This document shows positions 1-8,617 of a stretch of 64,000 bases of DNA, piece by piece (the stretch's first letter is position 1; each line of letters begins with the position of its first letter). The DNA comes from Selenomonadaceae bacterium (lineage in GTDB: Bacteria; Bacillota; Negativicutes; Selenomonadales; Selenomonadaceae). The notes below the pieces were generated by a model. The model had not been told where the DNA came from and did not search any database. It worked only from the letters and a program-made list of their open reading frames with translations. The translations under genes and the position numbers were made by a program. Where the stretch lies: the NCBI GenBank assembly GCA_017470715.1, contig JAFUYE010000119.1:7024-71023 (forward strand), in the 5' to 3' direction.

Positions 1-789
1 ATGTTCGGCTTCAATCGCGTCCGTAAATTCTTCGGATTCGCAACCCGCATCAAAAAATATCGGATACGAATAAGGAAAATATCTGTCGTTCAAAAGTGAA
101 TCAAAAATTCTTTTGAGCATTGCGGCAAGTTCTTCGCGCCGATAAATTTCGTAGAAAATAATTTTCTCGCGAACAAGTTCTACGACAAAACGAAATTGCC
201 CGTTCGTCCACAGCTTGAAGTCAACTTTGTCGTCGTAATCTTTTATTTCCGTTTCGGCAAAATCGTCGCCGGCACGTACCGCATTGAAAAATTTCACCAG
301 CGCAGGCAACGGGTCATCCAAAATTTCGTCGAAGTAAAAGTTTTCAGCCTGCGCGCCTTTTTTGACGAGCAAAGTTATATAGCCGCCCGCAACGCCGCCG
401 TATTCGACGGTCAGCGAATCGGTTTCGCTCCAACGTTTGAGCTTGTCGACTTCGCGAAAATATTGCTCCCCGTCGAAAACAAATTCGTCAAAAATTTTCG
501 GGCTGTTCTGCGGCGTGACAAAATTTTTCCAAACGACGGTGTCCGCGCAGATTTCGACGGTGACGAACACGGGAAAACTTTCGGGCACTCCGCAACCGAG
601 AATCGCAACCGAATCGACTTTGTATTTAGCGGACAAATTTTCGTGAAGTTCGGCGACGGGAATTGACGCGTGCACATTGAAAAAATTTTCCCACAAAGGA
701 TGTCCGTTGATAAAAATATCGGCGACCGCCGTTGAAATTTCACGACCGAACTTATTTGACGCGCTCAACCGAAATTCAATCGTGTCCAT
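1..789 (-). CDS. hypothetical protein; C-terminal end lies beyond the window edge
   Basis: Absent from the ORF track because there is no stop inside the window. Hand translation of the minus strand from ATG 789-787 gives MDTIEFRLSASNKFGREIST..., and I found no stop down to position 1 (263 codons). It starts 3 nt after the rtcB stop. No family recognised. Confidence 0.45.
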   Translation of the reverse strand, partial: MDTIEFRLSASNKFGREISTAVADIFINGHPLWENFFNVHASIPVAELHENLSAKYKVDSVAILGCGVPESFPVFVTVEICADTVVWKNFVTPQNSPKIFDEFVFDGEQYFREVDKLKRWSETDSLTVEYGGVAGGYITLLVKKGAQAENFYFDEILDDPLPALVKFFNAVRAGDDFAETEIKDYDDKVDFKLWTNGQFRFVVELVREKIIFYEIYRREELAAMLKRIFDSLLNDRYFPYSYPIFFDAGCESEEFTDAIEAEH

Positions 790-792
790 GAT

Positions 793-1998
793 TCAACCCG
801 CCTTGAAGTTGTAAACGGGCTTCATGACTTCGACAACGTCAACCGTTTCGCCGATAACGTCGATAATGTCGTCAAGCGTCTTGTAAGCTTGCGGACTTTC
901 GTCGAGCGTGCCTTCGCTGATTGAAGTCGTGTAAATGCCCGCCATTGAAGTTTGATAATCGTCCATGCTCAAAACTTCTTTGGCTTGGGAACGCGACATA
1001 ATTCGACCGGCACCGTGCGGCGCGCTGAAATTCCAATCGGCATTTCCTTTGCCGACAGCAAGAACAGATCCGTCACGCATGTTAATCGGAATCAAAACTT
1101 TTTCGCCCGCGTGCGCGGCAATGGCACCTTTGCGGATAATCAGTTCGCCAACGTCAATGTAGTTGTGAATCGTGTGGAAAGATTCGACGCCCGTCAAGCC
1201 CGATTTGCCGAGCAAAATTTTCGCGATAAGTTCACGGTTTCGCCGTGCAAATTGTTGGCAAATTTCCATGTCGTGCAAGTATTGATGAAAATATTTCCCG
1301 TAAACGAAACATAAATCTTCGGGCATTGAAGTTTTGCGCCCGCGATATTCTTTTTGCAGTTCGTCAAGCTTCGACTTAATTTCCGTCTTGCGACCGAGCG
1401 ATTTATACACGGCAATAATTTCGTCGCGCTGTCGAAAATATTTGTCCTTGCCGATGTTCAAATCAATCGCGAGCCGCTGATAAATTTCGGCGACCTGCTT
1501 GCCCAAATTGCGTGAACCGGTGTGAATCACCAGATAAAAAGTTCCGTCCGCCGATTTATCAATTTCGATAAAGTGATTTCCGCCGCCCAAAGTTCCGAGA
1601 CTTCGTTCAAGCCGTCGCGAATCTTTGAGACTGCGAAAACAATTTAAATCGCTCAACGTGAATTTTTCTTGCCGAAAGTCCCAAACATTTTTTGCCGACG
1701 GAATATAATGAGCCGCTTCGTCGACGCGTGCAAAATCAATCCGGGCGTCCGCAAGCTTGACGGTGTACATGCCGCAACCTATGTCGACGCCGACGATATT
1801 CGGGACGGCTTTATCGGTGACGGTCATTGTTGTGCCGATTGTGCAACCTTTGCCCGCGTGCACGTCCGGCATGATTCGGATTTTGCTACCGGCGGTGAAT
1901 TCGTGATTGCACATGCGGCGAATTTGTTCGCGAGCTTCGTCCTCGATAACTTTGGCAAAAGAAATTGCCGTATTGAACTTGCCGATAATCTGTTCCAT
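793..1998 (-). CDS. rtcB: RNA 3'-phosphate/2',3'-cyclic phosphate ligase RtcB
   Basis: 401 aa with RtcB hallmarks: IMPDVHAGKGCTIG, GGGNHFIEID, HTGSRNLG, SAPHGAGR. Confidence 0.93.
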   Translation of the reverse strand: MEQIIGKFNTAISFAKVIEDEAREQIRRMCNHEFTAGSKIRIMPDVHAGKGCTIGTTMTVTDKAVPNIVGVDIGCGMYTVKLADARIDFARVDEAAHYIPSAKNVWDFRQEKFTLSDLNCFRSLKDSRRLERSLGTLGGGNHFIEIDKSADGTFYLVIHTGSRNLGKQVAEIYQRLAIDLNIGKDKYFRQRDEIIAVYKSLGRKTEIKSKLDELQKEYRGRKTSMPEDLCFVYGKYFHQYLHDMEICQQFARRNRELIAKILLGKSGLTGVESFHTIHNYIDVGELIIRKGAIAAHAGEKVLIPINMRDGSVLAVGKGNADWNFSAPHGAGRIMSRSQAKEVLSMDDYQTSMAGIYTTSISEGTLDESPQAYKTLDDIIDVIGETVDVVEVMKPVYNFKAG

Positions 1999-2002
1999 GA
2001 TA

Positions 2003-2036
2003 AATTCCTAACTCCTAATTCCTAACTCCTAACTGA
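2003..2036. repeat. heptamer array (TAATTCC/TAACTCC)x~5
   Basis: Read directly; it fills the corA-stop/rtcB-start gap. Confidence 0.9.
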
Positions 2037-2038
2037 AT

Positions 2039-3100
2039 TCAGCCCCAGAACATGTGTTTTTTCCAGAAAACAATCGCCGCGATAATCGACGCGATAAGCG
2101 CAATTCCGATGACGATGATAAATCCGAAAGTGTTTTCGGCAAGCGGAACCGGCACGTTCATTCCGAAAAAACTTGCGATAACGGTCGGCACCGCGATAAT
2201 AATCGTCATTGCCGCCAAAAATTTCATAACCATGTTTTGGTTGTTTGAAATTATTGACGAAAAAATATCCGCCATCTGCGACAAAATTTGGCTGTACATC
2301 TCAACCATTTCGCGAGCTTGCTTGTTTTCGATGATAACGTCTTCGAGTAAGTCTTCGTCCTCTTCGTAAATTTCCAAAATGCCTTCGACACTGCGGCTGT
2401 TGCGAAGTCGCAAAAGTTTTTCAAACACGGCATCATTTGAGCGCAACGACGCGTTGAAGTACGTCAAACCTTTTTGCAGTTCCATCAGCCGTAAAATATC
2501 CGAATTTTTCATTGAACGGCGAAGTTGTTCTTCGATTTCGTCGGACAGCTTGTTGATTTGTCGCAGGTAACGCAGATAAAAAGTCGCCGAACGATACAAA
2601 ATCTCGAACAAAAATTGCGTGCGCTTGTACGTGTGGAAAAGCCGCGCCGTGCGTTGGTTGAAACTTGACATAACGGGCGTTTCTTCCAGGCAAACCGTGA
2701 TGATAAATTGTTTCGTCAAGATGATTGCAAGTGGCAACGTGTCGTAACTTTCCTCTTCGTAGACAATCGGCACGTTCGTCAAAATCATGACAGAATCGCT
2801 TTCCGTGTCCAAATGTGAGCGTTCCTCTTCGTCCAGTGCGGCGCGCAAAAAATCCGGCTCAACCTGCGTCAGCGAGCTGACTTCGCGCAATTCATACGGC
2901 GTCGGGTCGACGATGTTTATCCACGAGCCTTTTTGCAACGTTTTTAGCGTCAACTTCTCCAAATGACCCGACTCTTGCGATTTGTAAACTTCAACCAACG
3001 GTATCACCTGCCATTTCGTTCGCGTTATGGAAAATTCATAATACCGCCGCCCGTTTTTGTCAATAGCCCGCGAAAATTTTTCCGACAGTATTCGTGACAT
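2039..3100 (-). CDS. corA: CorA-family magnesium/cobalt transporter
   Basis: GMNVPVP (GMN) motif followed by a C-terminal TM pair. I prefer the ATG at 3100 (MSRILSEKF...) because the 22 extra track codons overlap a repeat hairpin. Confidence 0.85.
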   Translation of the reverse strand: MSRILSEKFSRAIDKNGRRYYEFSITRTKWQVIPLVEVYKSQESGHLEKLTLKTLQKGSWINIVDPTPYELREVSSLTQVEPDFLRAALDEEERSHLDTESDSVMILTNVPIVYEEESYDTLPLAIILTKQFIITVCLEETPVMSSFNQRTARLFHTYKRTQFLFEILYRSATFYLRYLRQINKLSDEIEEQLRRSMKNSDILRLMELQKGLTYFNASLRSNDAVFEKLLRLRNSRSVEGILEIYEEDEDLLEDVIIENKQAREMVEMYSQILSQMADIFSSIISNNQNMVMKFLAAMTIIIAVPTVIASFFGMNVPVPLAENTFGFIIVIGIALIASIIAAIVFWKKHMFWG

Positions 3101-3114
3101 TGCGCGTTTATTAT

Positions 3115-3295
3115 CTACTTTCTTTGTGCAGACAAAGAAAGTAGCAAAGAAAACGCGAACGCTCACCAGTTCGCCTTCGCCTACGCGGCGGGCGTTGCTA
3201 GTTCGTAATTCGGAGTAGTCGGCAACGCGTGCCGCTCATGCCCGCAAGTGAAACATCCTGTTTCAATTGCGGGCGCGGTCGTCATCCGTGACGGC
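3115..3295 (+). repeat. structured ~200-nt repeat, copy 1
   Basis: Modules: hairpin CTACTTTCTTTGT/ACAAAGAAAGTAG plus CAAAGAAAA; nested hairpin GCCCGCAA[TGAAACA-TCC-TGTTTCA]TTGCGGGC; terminal hairpin GTCGTCA-TCCG-TGACGGC. Confidence 0.7.
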
Positions 3296-3347
3296 TCCTA
3301 ATTTCGCATTACGAATTCCGCGTTGCGCACGGCATTTTATTTTCCGA

Positions 3348-3376
3348 TTGAATAACGGGCTTGCCTTTGATATAAT
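3348..3376 (+). promoter_or_regulatory. sigma70-like promoter upstream of dnaE
   Basis: TTGAAT (3348-3353), 17-nt spacer, TATAAT (3371-3376). Confidence 0.45.
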
Positions 3377-3448
3377 CGCGCCAAAATTTTTCGCAGGGAG
3401 GAGATTGTTACGGACTTCGCGCATCTGCACGTTCACACCGAATACAGC

Positions 3449-6400
3449 TTGCTTGACGGCGCGGCACGAATCGGCGACCTGCTTGACGCGGCAAAAAATC
3501 TCGGCATGACAAGTTTGGCGATAACCGATCACGGCACGATGTACGGCATTATCGATTTTTACAAAGCGGCACAAAAACGCGGTATCAAGCCGATTATCGG
3601 TTGCGAAGTTTACGTTGCGCCCAAATCCCGATACCTGCGCGAAGAAGTTGACGGCACGAAATATTTTCATCTGGTTTTGCTTGCCGAAAACGACACCGGT
3701 TACAAAAATTTGCTCAAGTTGACTTCTGCGGCGGCGATTGAAGGTTTTTATTATCGTCCGCGTGTCGACAAGGAATTGTTGCGAAAATATCACGACGGTT
3801 TGATTGCGTTGTCGGCGTGCGTTGCGGGCGAAATTCCCCGTGCGATTTTGCAAAACGACATTTCGCGTGCAGTTGAGCTTGCGAAAGAATACGTCGACAT
3901 TTTCGGGCGGGAAAATTTTTTTCTGGAGTTGCAGAATCACGGGCTTGACGAAGAATTTAAAGTTCGTGACGCGCTCAAAAAAATTTCCGCCGAGTTGAAC
4001 ATTGAACTTGTCGCAACAAACGATTCGCATTACGTTCGCCGCGAAGATTACGAGTTTCATGATTTGCTTTTGTGTTTGCAGACGAACAGGACGGTTGCCG
4101 ACAAACACCGCATGAGATTTTCTTCCGACGATTATTTTTTGAAGTCACCCGCCGAAATGCGCGAACTTTTTGCCGACACGCCCGAAGCTTGCGATAACAC
4201 GTTAAAAATTGCCGAACGTTGCAACGTGACGATTGAATTCGGCAAATTTCAGATGCCCGAATTTCCGTTGCCCGAAAATTATTCCGACGCCGCAACTTAT
4301 CTGCGCGACCGGTGTAACGAAAAAATTTCCGCACGCTATCCGACCGTCACCGAAGAAATTCGCGACCGTTTGAATCACGAATTGGAAATTATTCACGGCA
4401 TGGGTTACGACGGATATTTTTTGATTGTCTACGACTTCATAAATTTTGCGCGACGAAAAAAAATTCCCGTCGGTCCCGGACGCGGTTCGGCGGCGGGCAG
4501 TCTCGTCGCTTACGTGCTGGAAATTACCGAACTCGACCCGTTGAAATATAATTTGCTGTTTGAAAGATTTTTGAATCCCGAACGCGTCACGTTGCCCGAT
4601 ATTGACGTTGATTTGTGTTACATTCGCCGCGATGAGGTTATCGAATACGTTCGCAACCGCTACGGCGCGGACAGAGTTTCGCAGATTGCAACTTTCGGGA
4701 CGCTCGCCGCCAAAGCCGCAATTCGGGACGTTGTGCGCGTGTTGAATTTGGATTTCAACATTGGCACGAAACTTGTCAAAATGCTCCCCAACGTGCTGAA
4801 CATTACGCTTGATGACGCAATGGCAAAATCCAACGCTCTGCGCAACGAATACGAAACGAATCCCGACGCGAAAAAAATTTTGGACTTCGCGCGCAAACTC
4901 GAAGGACTTCCGCGACATATTTCCGTTCACGCGGCGGGCGTCGTCATTTCGCAACGGCCGCTTGTCGAAGTCGTTCCGTTGCAAATGTCAAACAACGTTT
5001 TGATTACGCAATTCGACAAAGACAAAGTCGAAGAACTCGGCTTGCTGAAAATGGATTTTCTCGGACTGCGCACGTTGACGATTATCGACGAAACAATTTC
5101 CAATGTCCGAAAATCTCACGGCTTTGAATTGAAAATTTCCGACATTCCGCTTGTCGACGAATTGACGGCGAAAATGTTATCGGACGGAAAAACCGGCGCG
5201 GTGTTTCAAATGGAGTCGCCCGGCATGACGAATTTGGTCAAAGACTTGCAACCGACCGGCTTTGAAGATTTAATTCCGACCGTCGCGCTGTATCGACCGG
5301 GGCCGCTCGGTTCCGGCATGGTTGAAGATTTCATCGCGGGCAGACACGGACGCAAAGTCACGAATTATTTGCACCCGAAACTTGAGCCGATTTTGCGCGA
5401 AACTTTCGGCGTGATTTTGTATCAGGAACAAGTCATGCAAATCGTTCAGACGCTGGCGGGATTTTCGCTCGGACAAGCTGACATTTTGCGGCGCGCAATG
5501 GGTAAGAAGAAAGCCGAAATTTTGCTCGCACAGAAAGAAAATTTCTTGTCGGGTTGCGAAAAAAACGGCGTCGACAAAATTCTTGCGGAAAAAATTTTCG
5601 AGTTGCTTACTCACTTCGCGGACTACGGCTTCAATAAATCGCATTCGGCGGCATATGCTTTGCTTGCCTGGCAGACGGCTTATCTCAAGGCGCATTTCCC
5701 TGCGGAATACATGGCGGCGATGATGTCGTCCGTTGGCGACGCGGACAAAGTTGCGGCTTACGTCGAACTTTCGCGGAGCATGGGCATAAAAGTTTTGCCG
5801 CCCGATATAAATTTTGGTGACGTGCATTTTTCCGTTGACGACGGGGCAATTCGTTTCGGCTTGTCGGCGGTAAAAACTGTCGGCGAAAGTGCGTCGGAAA
5901 GCATTATCGCTGAACGCAAACGCGGCGGCAAATTTAAATCGCTTGAGGATTTTTGCGCACGCGTGGATGTAAAAAGTTGTCCGCGTCGCAGTCTCGAAAA
6001 ACTTATCAAGTGCGGTGCCTTCGACAGCTTGGACACTCGGCGCACGGCTCTGCTTGAATCGCTCGACATTGCCATTGCTTCCGGCGCGAAGAAACAATTC
6101 AATCGCAAAAGCGGCGCGATAAGTTTGTTCGGCGACGACGAAATTCCTTTCAAGTTGCTCGACGTGCCCGAACGTCCGAAAAATGAAATTCTCGCGTGGG
6201 AAAAAGAAATTTTGTGCTTTTACGTTTCCGGTCACCCGCTTGACGATTTTCGCGAAAAATTTTCGGGACTTACCACAAGTGCGGAAATCAACGACGGAAA
6301 ATTTTTGGGCAAGCGTGTCAAAATCGGCGGCATTGTAACGGACGTTCGACGAATCATGACAAAACGCGGCGACCCGATGGCGTTCATGCAACTCGAAGAT

Positions 6401-6775
6401 TTTTACGGCAAAGTTGATGTGACGCTCTTCACGAGAATTTTTTATGACGCGATTAACATTGCCGTGCCCGATGAAATTGTCGTTGTCTGCGGCAAAGTCG
6501 ACAACAATAACGATTCGATTGGAATTTTGGCGGATTCGGTCATTGCGGCGGAAAATTACGCGCCCGATTTTTATTTGACGTTGCCGGAAACTTTGGACAC
6601 GCCCGCGACGTTCGACGAACTGAAAAAAATTTCCGCAGTTCACGAAGGCGACCGAAAAATTTTTGTCAAGCGTGACGGATATTGGCGACGAACTCAGCTG
6701 AAAATTTCCGACACGCCCGACGTTCGCGCCGCGCTGAAAAATTTATTCGGCGAAAAAAATTTCCGTGCGTACTGA
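3449..6775 (+). CDS. dnaE: DNA polymerase III alpha subunit
   Basis: 1108-aa ORF with a PHP domain, polymerase core and OB fold. The conserved N-terminus (TDFAHLHVHTEYSLLDG) continues in frame upstream of the first canonical start, so the true start is probably near 3404-3410 (see finding). Confidence 0.93.
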   Translation: MLDGAARIGDLLDAAKNLGMTSLAITDHGTMYGIIDFYKAAQKRGIKPIIGCEVYVAPKSRYLREEVDGTKYFHLVLLAENDTGYKNLLKLTSAAAIEGFYYRPRVDKELLRKYHDGLIALSACVAGEIPRAILQNDISRAVELAKEYVDIFGRENFFLELQNHGLDEEFKVRDALKKISAELNIELVATNDSHYVRREDYEFHDLLLCLQTNRTVADKHRMRFSSDDYFLKSPAEMRELFADTPEACDNTLKIAERCNVTIEFGKFQMPEFPLPENYSDAATYLRDRCNEKISARYPTVTEEIRDRLNHELEIIHGMGYDGYFLIVYDFINFARRKKIPVGPGRGSAAGSLVAYVLEITELDPLKYNLLFERFLNPERVTLPDIDVDLCYIRRDEVIEYVRNRYGADRVSQIATFGTLAAKAAIRDVVRVLNLDFNIGTKLVKMLPNVLNITLDDAMAKSNALRNEYETNPDAKKILDFARKLEGLPRHISVHAAGVVISQRPLVEVVPLQMSNNVLITQFDKDKVEELGLLKMDFLGLRTLTIIDETISNVRKSHGFELKISDIPLVDELTAKMLSDGKTGAVFQMESPGMTNLVKDLQPTGFEDLIPTVALYRPGPLGSGMVEDFIAGRHGRKVTNYLHPKLEPILRETFGVILYQEQVMQIVQTLAGFSLGQADILRRAMGKKKAEILLAQKENFLSGCEKNGVDKILAEKIFELLTHFADYGFNKSHSAAYALLAWQTAYLKAHFPAEYMAAMMSSVGDADKVAAYVELSRSMGIKVLPPDINFGDVHFSVDDGAIRFGLSAVKTVGESASESIIAERKRGGKFKSLEDFCARVDVKSCPRRSLEKLIKCGAFDSLDTRRTALLESLDIAIASGAKKQFNRKSGAISLFGDDEIPFKLLDVPERPKNEILAWEKEILCFYVSGHPLDDFREKFSGLTTSAEINDGKFLGKRVKIGGIVTDVRRIMTKRGDPMAFMQLEDFYGKVDVTLFTRIFYDAINIAVPDEIVVVCGKVDNNNDSIGILADSVIAAENYAPDFYLTLPETLDTPATFDELKKISAVHEGDRKIFVKRDGYWRRTQLKISDTPDVRAALKNLFGEKNFRAY

Positions 6776-6831
6776 TAATTTTTGCGACGCGATTTTTATT
6801 TGACGTTGCTCGTGCGTATTGAGGAGGACTT

Positions 6832-8106
6832 ATGAAAAAATTTTTTCTTGCGTTGACTTTGATTGCGTTGATGTTCGGTTCCGCGCAGGCTGTTCCCGAT
6901 GGTCGAATGCCCGCTTCGGAAATAACACATTTGGACAGAGCACCTCAAGGCGAAACACCTAAGGCGTTGGAAACTTGGACAAGCGAAAATTCGGGACTCA
7001 ATCCGGGCTACTCCGTCACGCAAATTCAAAACACGCGACCGGTTGACCCTGCCGACGTGTTGCCAAACGTCACCGCGACTTCCGCGATTGTAATTGAGGC
7101 TTCGACGGGGCACGTCCTTTACGAACGCAATGCAGATGCCCGAATGTTCCCCGCAAGCACGACGAAAATGATGACGTTGATAACCGCGCTGGAAAGTAAC
7201 AAACTCGACGAAATTGTTACCGTCGGGGCGGGCGCGTACAACGCGGAAGGTTCAACGCTGTGGCTCGACGTGAACGAAAAAATTCCGTTGGGCGAATTGC
7301 TTTACGGCATGATGTTGATTTCGGGCAACGACGGCGCGATTGCCATTGCCGAACACGTCGACGGGACTGTTGCACAATTTGCCGAACACATGACGCGGCG
7401 GGCTAACGAACTCGGCGCAACGAACACGCATTTTGTCAACGCGAACGGTCTGCCCGATACCGAACATTACACAACGGCGAGGGATTTGGCGATTATGGCA
7501 AAGCACGGATTCAGCTTGCCGCACTTTGAGGAAATTTGCTCGGCGAAGGAAGTTTCTTTCCCGTGGATTCACGACGACACAAAACTTTACCGCAACGAAA
7601 ATCAGATGCTGTGGCTTTATCGCGGCGCAAACGGAATCAAGACGGGCTACACGGAGGCTGCGGGACGTTGCCTTGTCAGCTCGGCGAAACAAAATGGCGT
7701 GCAATTAATCGCGGTCGTTTTGGACAGCTTGTACATTTGGAATGATTCGGTTCAGTTGCTTGATTACGGTTTCGGGCGCGTGTCCAGTCAAACGTTGATT
7801 AAAGCGGGCGATGTCGTCAAAACTTTGCCGATAATTTCCGGTCGCAGAAAATCCATGCCGGTAAAAACTTCGGGCGAAATTATCATGCCGGTTTTCACGG
7901 GCGACGATAACGCTTACAAAATTGTTTACGACTTGCCGAACGAACTCAGCGCGCCGATAACTGCGGGCGAAACGATTGGCAAAATTCGCGTGGTGTTGCC
8001 CGACGGACGCGAGGCGGCTTCGACGGACATTGTCACGACGGTTGACGTTGAGCAGAAATCTTTTTTCCGGTTGCTGCTTGACAAGTTGAAAAGTTTCTTC
8101 GCGTGA
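6832..8106 (+). CDS. D-alanyl-D-alanine carboxypeptidase (low-MW PBP, PBP5/DacF-like)
   Basis: Signal peptide; SxxK (STTK), SxN (SGN) and KTG (KTGYT) motifs. Confidence 0.88.
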   Translation: MKKFFLALTLIALMFGSAQAVPDGRMPASEITHLDRAPQGETPKALETWTSENSGLNPGYSVTQIQNTRPVDPADVLPNVTATSAIVIEASTGHVLYERNADARMFPASTTKMMTLITALESNKLDEIVTVGAGAYNAEGSTLWLDVNEKIPLGELLYGMMLISGNDGAIAIAEHVDGTVAQFAEHMTRRANELGATNTHFVNANGLPDTEHYTTARDLAIMAKHGFSLPHFEEICSAKEVSFPWIHDDTKLYRNENQMLWLYRGANGIKTGYTEAAGRCLVSSAKQNGVQLIAVVLDSLYIWNDSVQLLDYGFGRVSSQTLIKAGDVVKTLPIISGRRKSMPVKTSGEIIMPVFTGDDNAYKIVYDLPNELSAPITAGETIGKIRVVLPDGREAASTDIVTTVDVEQKSFFRLLLDKLKSFFA

Positions 8107-8110
8107 AGGT

Positions 8111-8168
8111 TAGCTTTAAGCTTTAAGCTTTAAGCTTTAAGCTTTAAGCTTTTAGCTTTTAGCTTTTA
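8111..8168. repeat. heptamer array (AGCTTTA)x5 (AGCTTTT)x3
   Basis: Read directly. Starts 5 nt after the carboxypeptidase stop and is followed by CATTACG x2. Confidence 0.9.
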
Positions 8169-8211
8169 AACATTACGCATTACGAATTAATTTTTTGGGA
8201 GATGTTTTGAT

Positions 8212-8616
8212 ATGAGCGAAAGAATTATTTTGGCGGACGAACTTCACCGCAAAGGTTACAGTTGTTCGCAATCGGTGGCAGTCGCCTGTGCGGATTTTGT
8301 TGACGTGCCGAAAGAAATTTTGTTCCGTGCAACCGAAGGCTTTGGCGCGGGCATGGGCACTATGGACGGCGTTTGCGGCGCGTTGACGGGCGGACTGTTA
8401 ATCGCGGGCTTGAAAAACAGCACGGGCAATCTCGACAACCCGAAATCCAAAGCGTCGACGATGAAAATTTCCAAAGCAATGTTGACCGGTTTCCGCGAAA
8501 AATGCGGCTCGATTATTTGTCGCGAACTCAAGGGCGTCGACACGGGCAAAATGCTTTGTCCCTGCCCCGAATGTATTCGTCACGGCGTTGAAGTTGTCGA
8601 GGAGAATTTTGTTTGA
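8212..8616 (+). CDS. C_GCAxxG_C_C family redox protein
   Basis: 134 aa; GVCGALTGG plus the C-terminal CPCPEC pattern typical of this family. Confidence 0.8.
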   Translation: MSERIILADELHRKGYSCSQSVAVACADFVDVPKEILFRATEGFGAGMGTMDGVCGALTGGLLIAGLKNSTGNLDNPKSKASTMKISKAMLTGFREKCGSIICRELKGVDTGKMLCPCPECIRHGVEVVEENFV

Positions 8617-8617
8617 C

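Noticed and set aside
3101-3300. An M-box (Mg) riboswitch upstream of corA.
   Set aside because: The sequence belongs to the dispersed three-copy structured repeat. The other copies are not upstream of Mg transporters. It lies antisense to corA and shows no M-box consensus that I can recognise.
3263-6643. Long antisense ORFs in the track. Examples: 3263..4108, 4202..4984 and 5270..6643 opposite dnaE; 12952..13989; 19909..20715; 21504..22418; 22608..23294; 32287..33351; 33418..34812; 38938..39516; 58359..59078; 60999..61673.
   Set aside because: Each lies opposite a gene with clear family motifs. Their translations are low-complexity (R/F/N/V-rich) with no SD or recognisable motif. They are consistent with shadow ORFs that arise when the sense strand avoids TTA/CTA/TCA codons.
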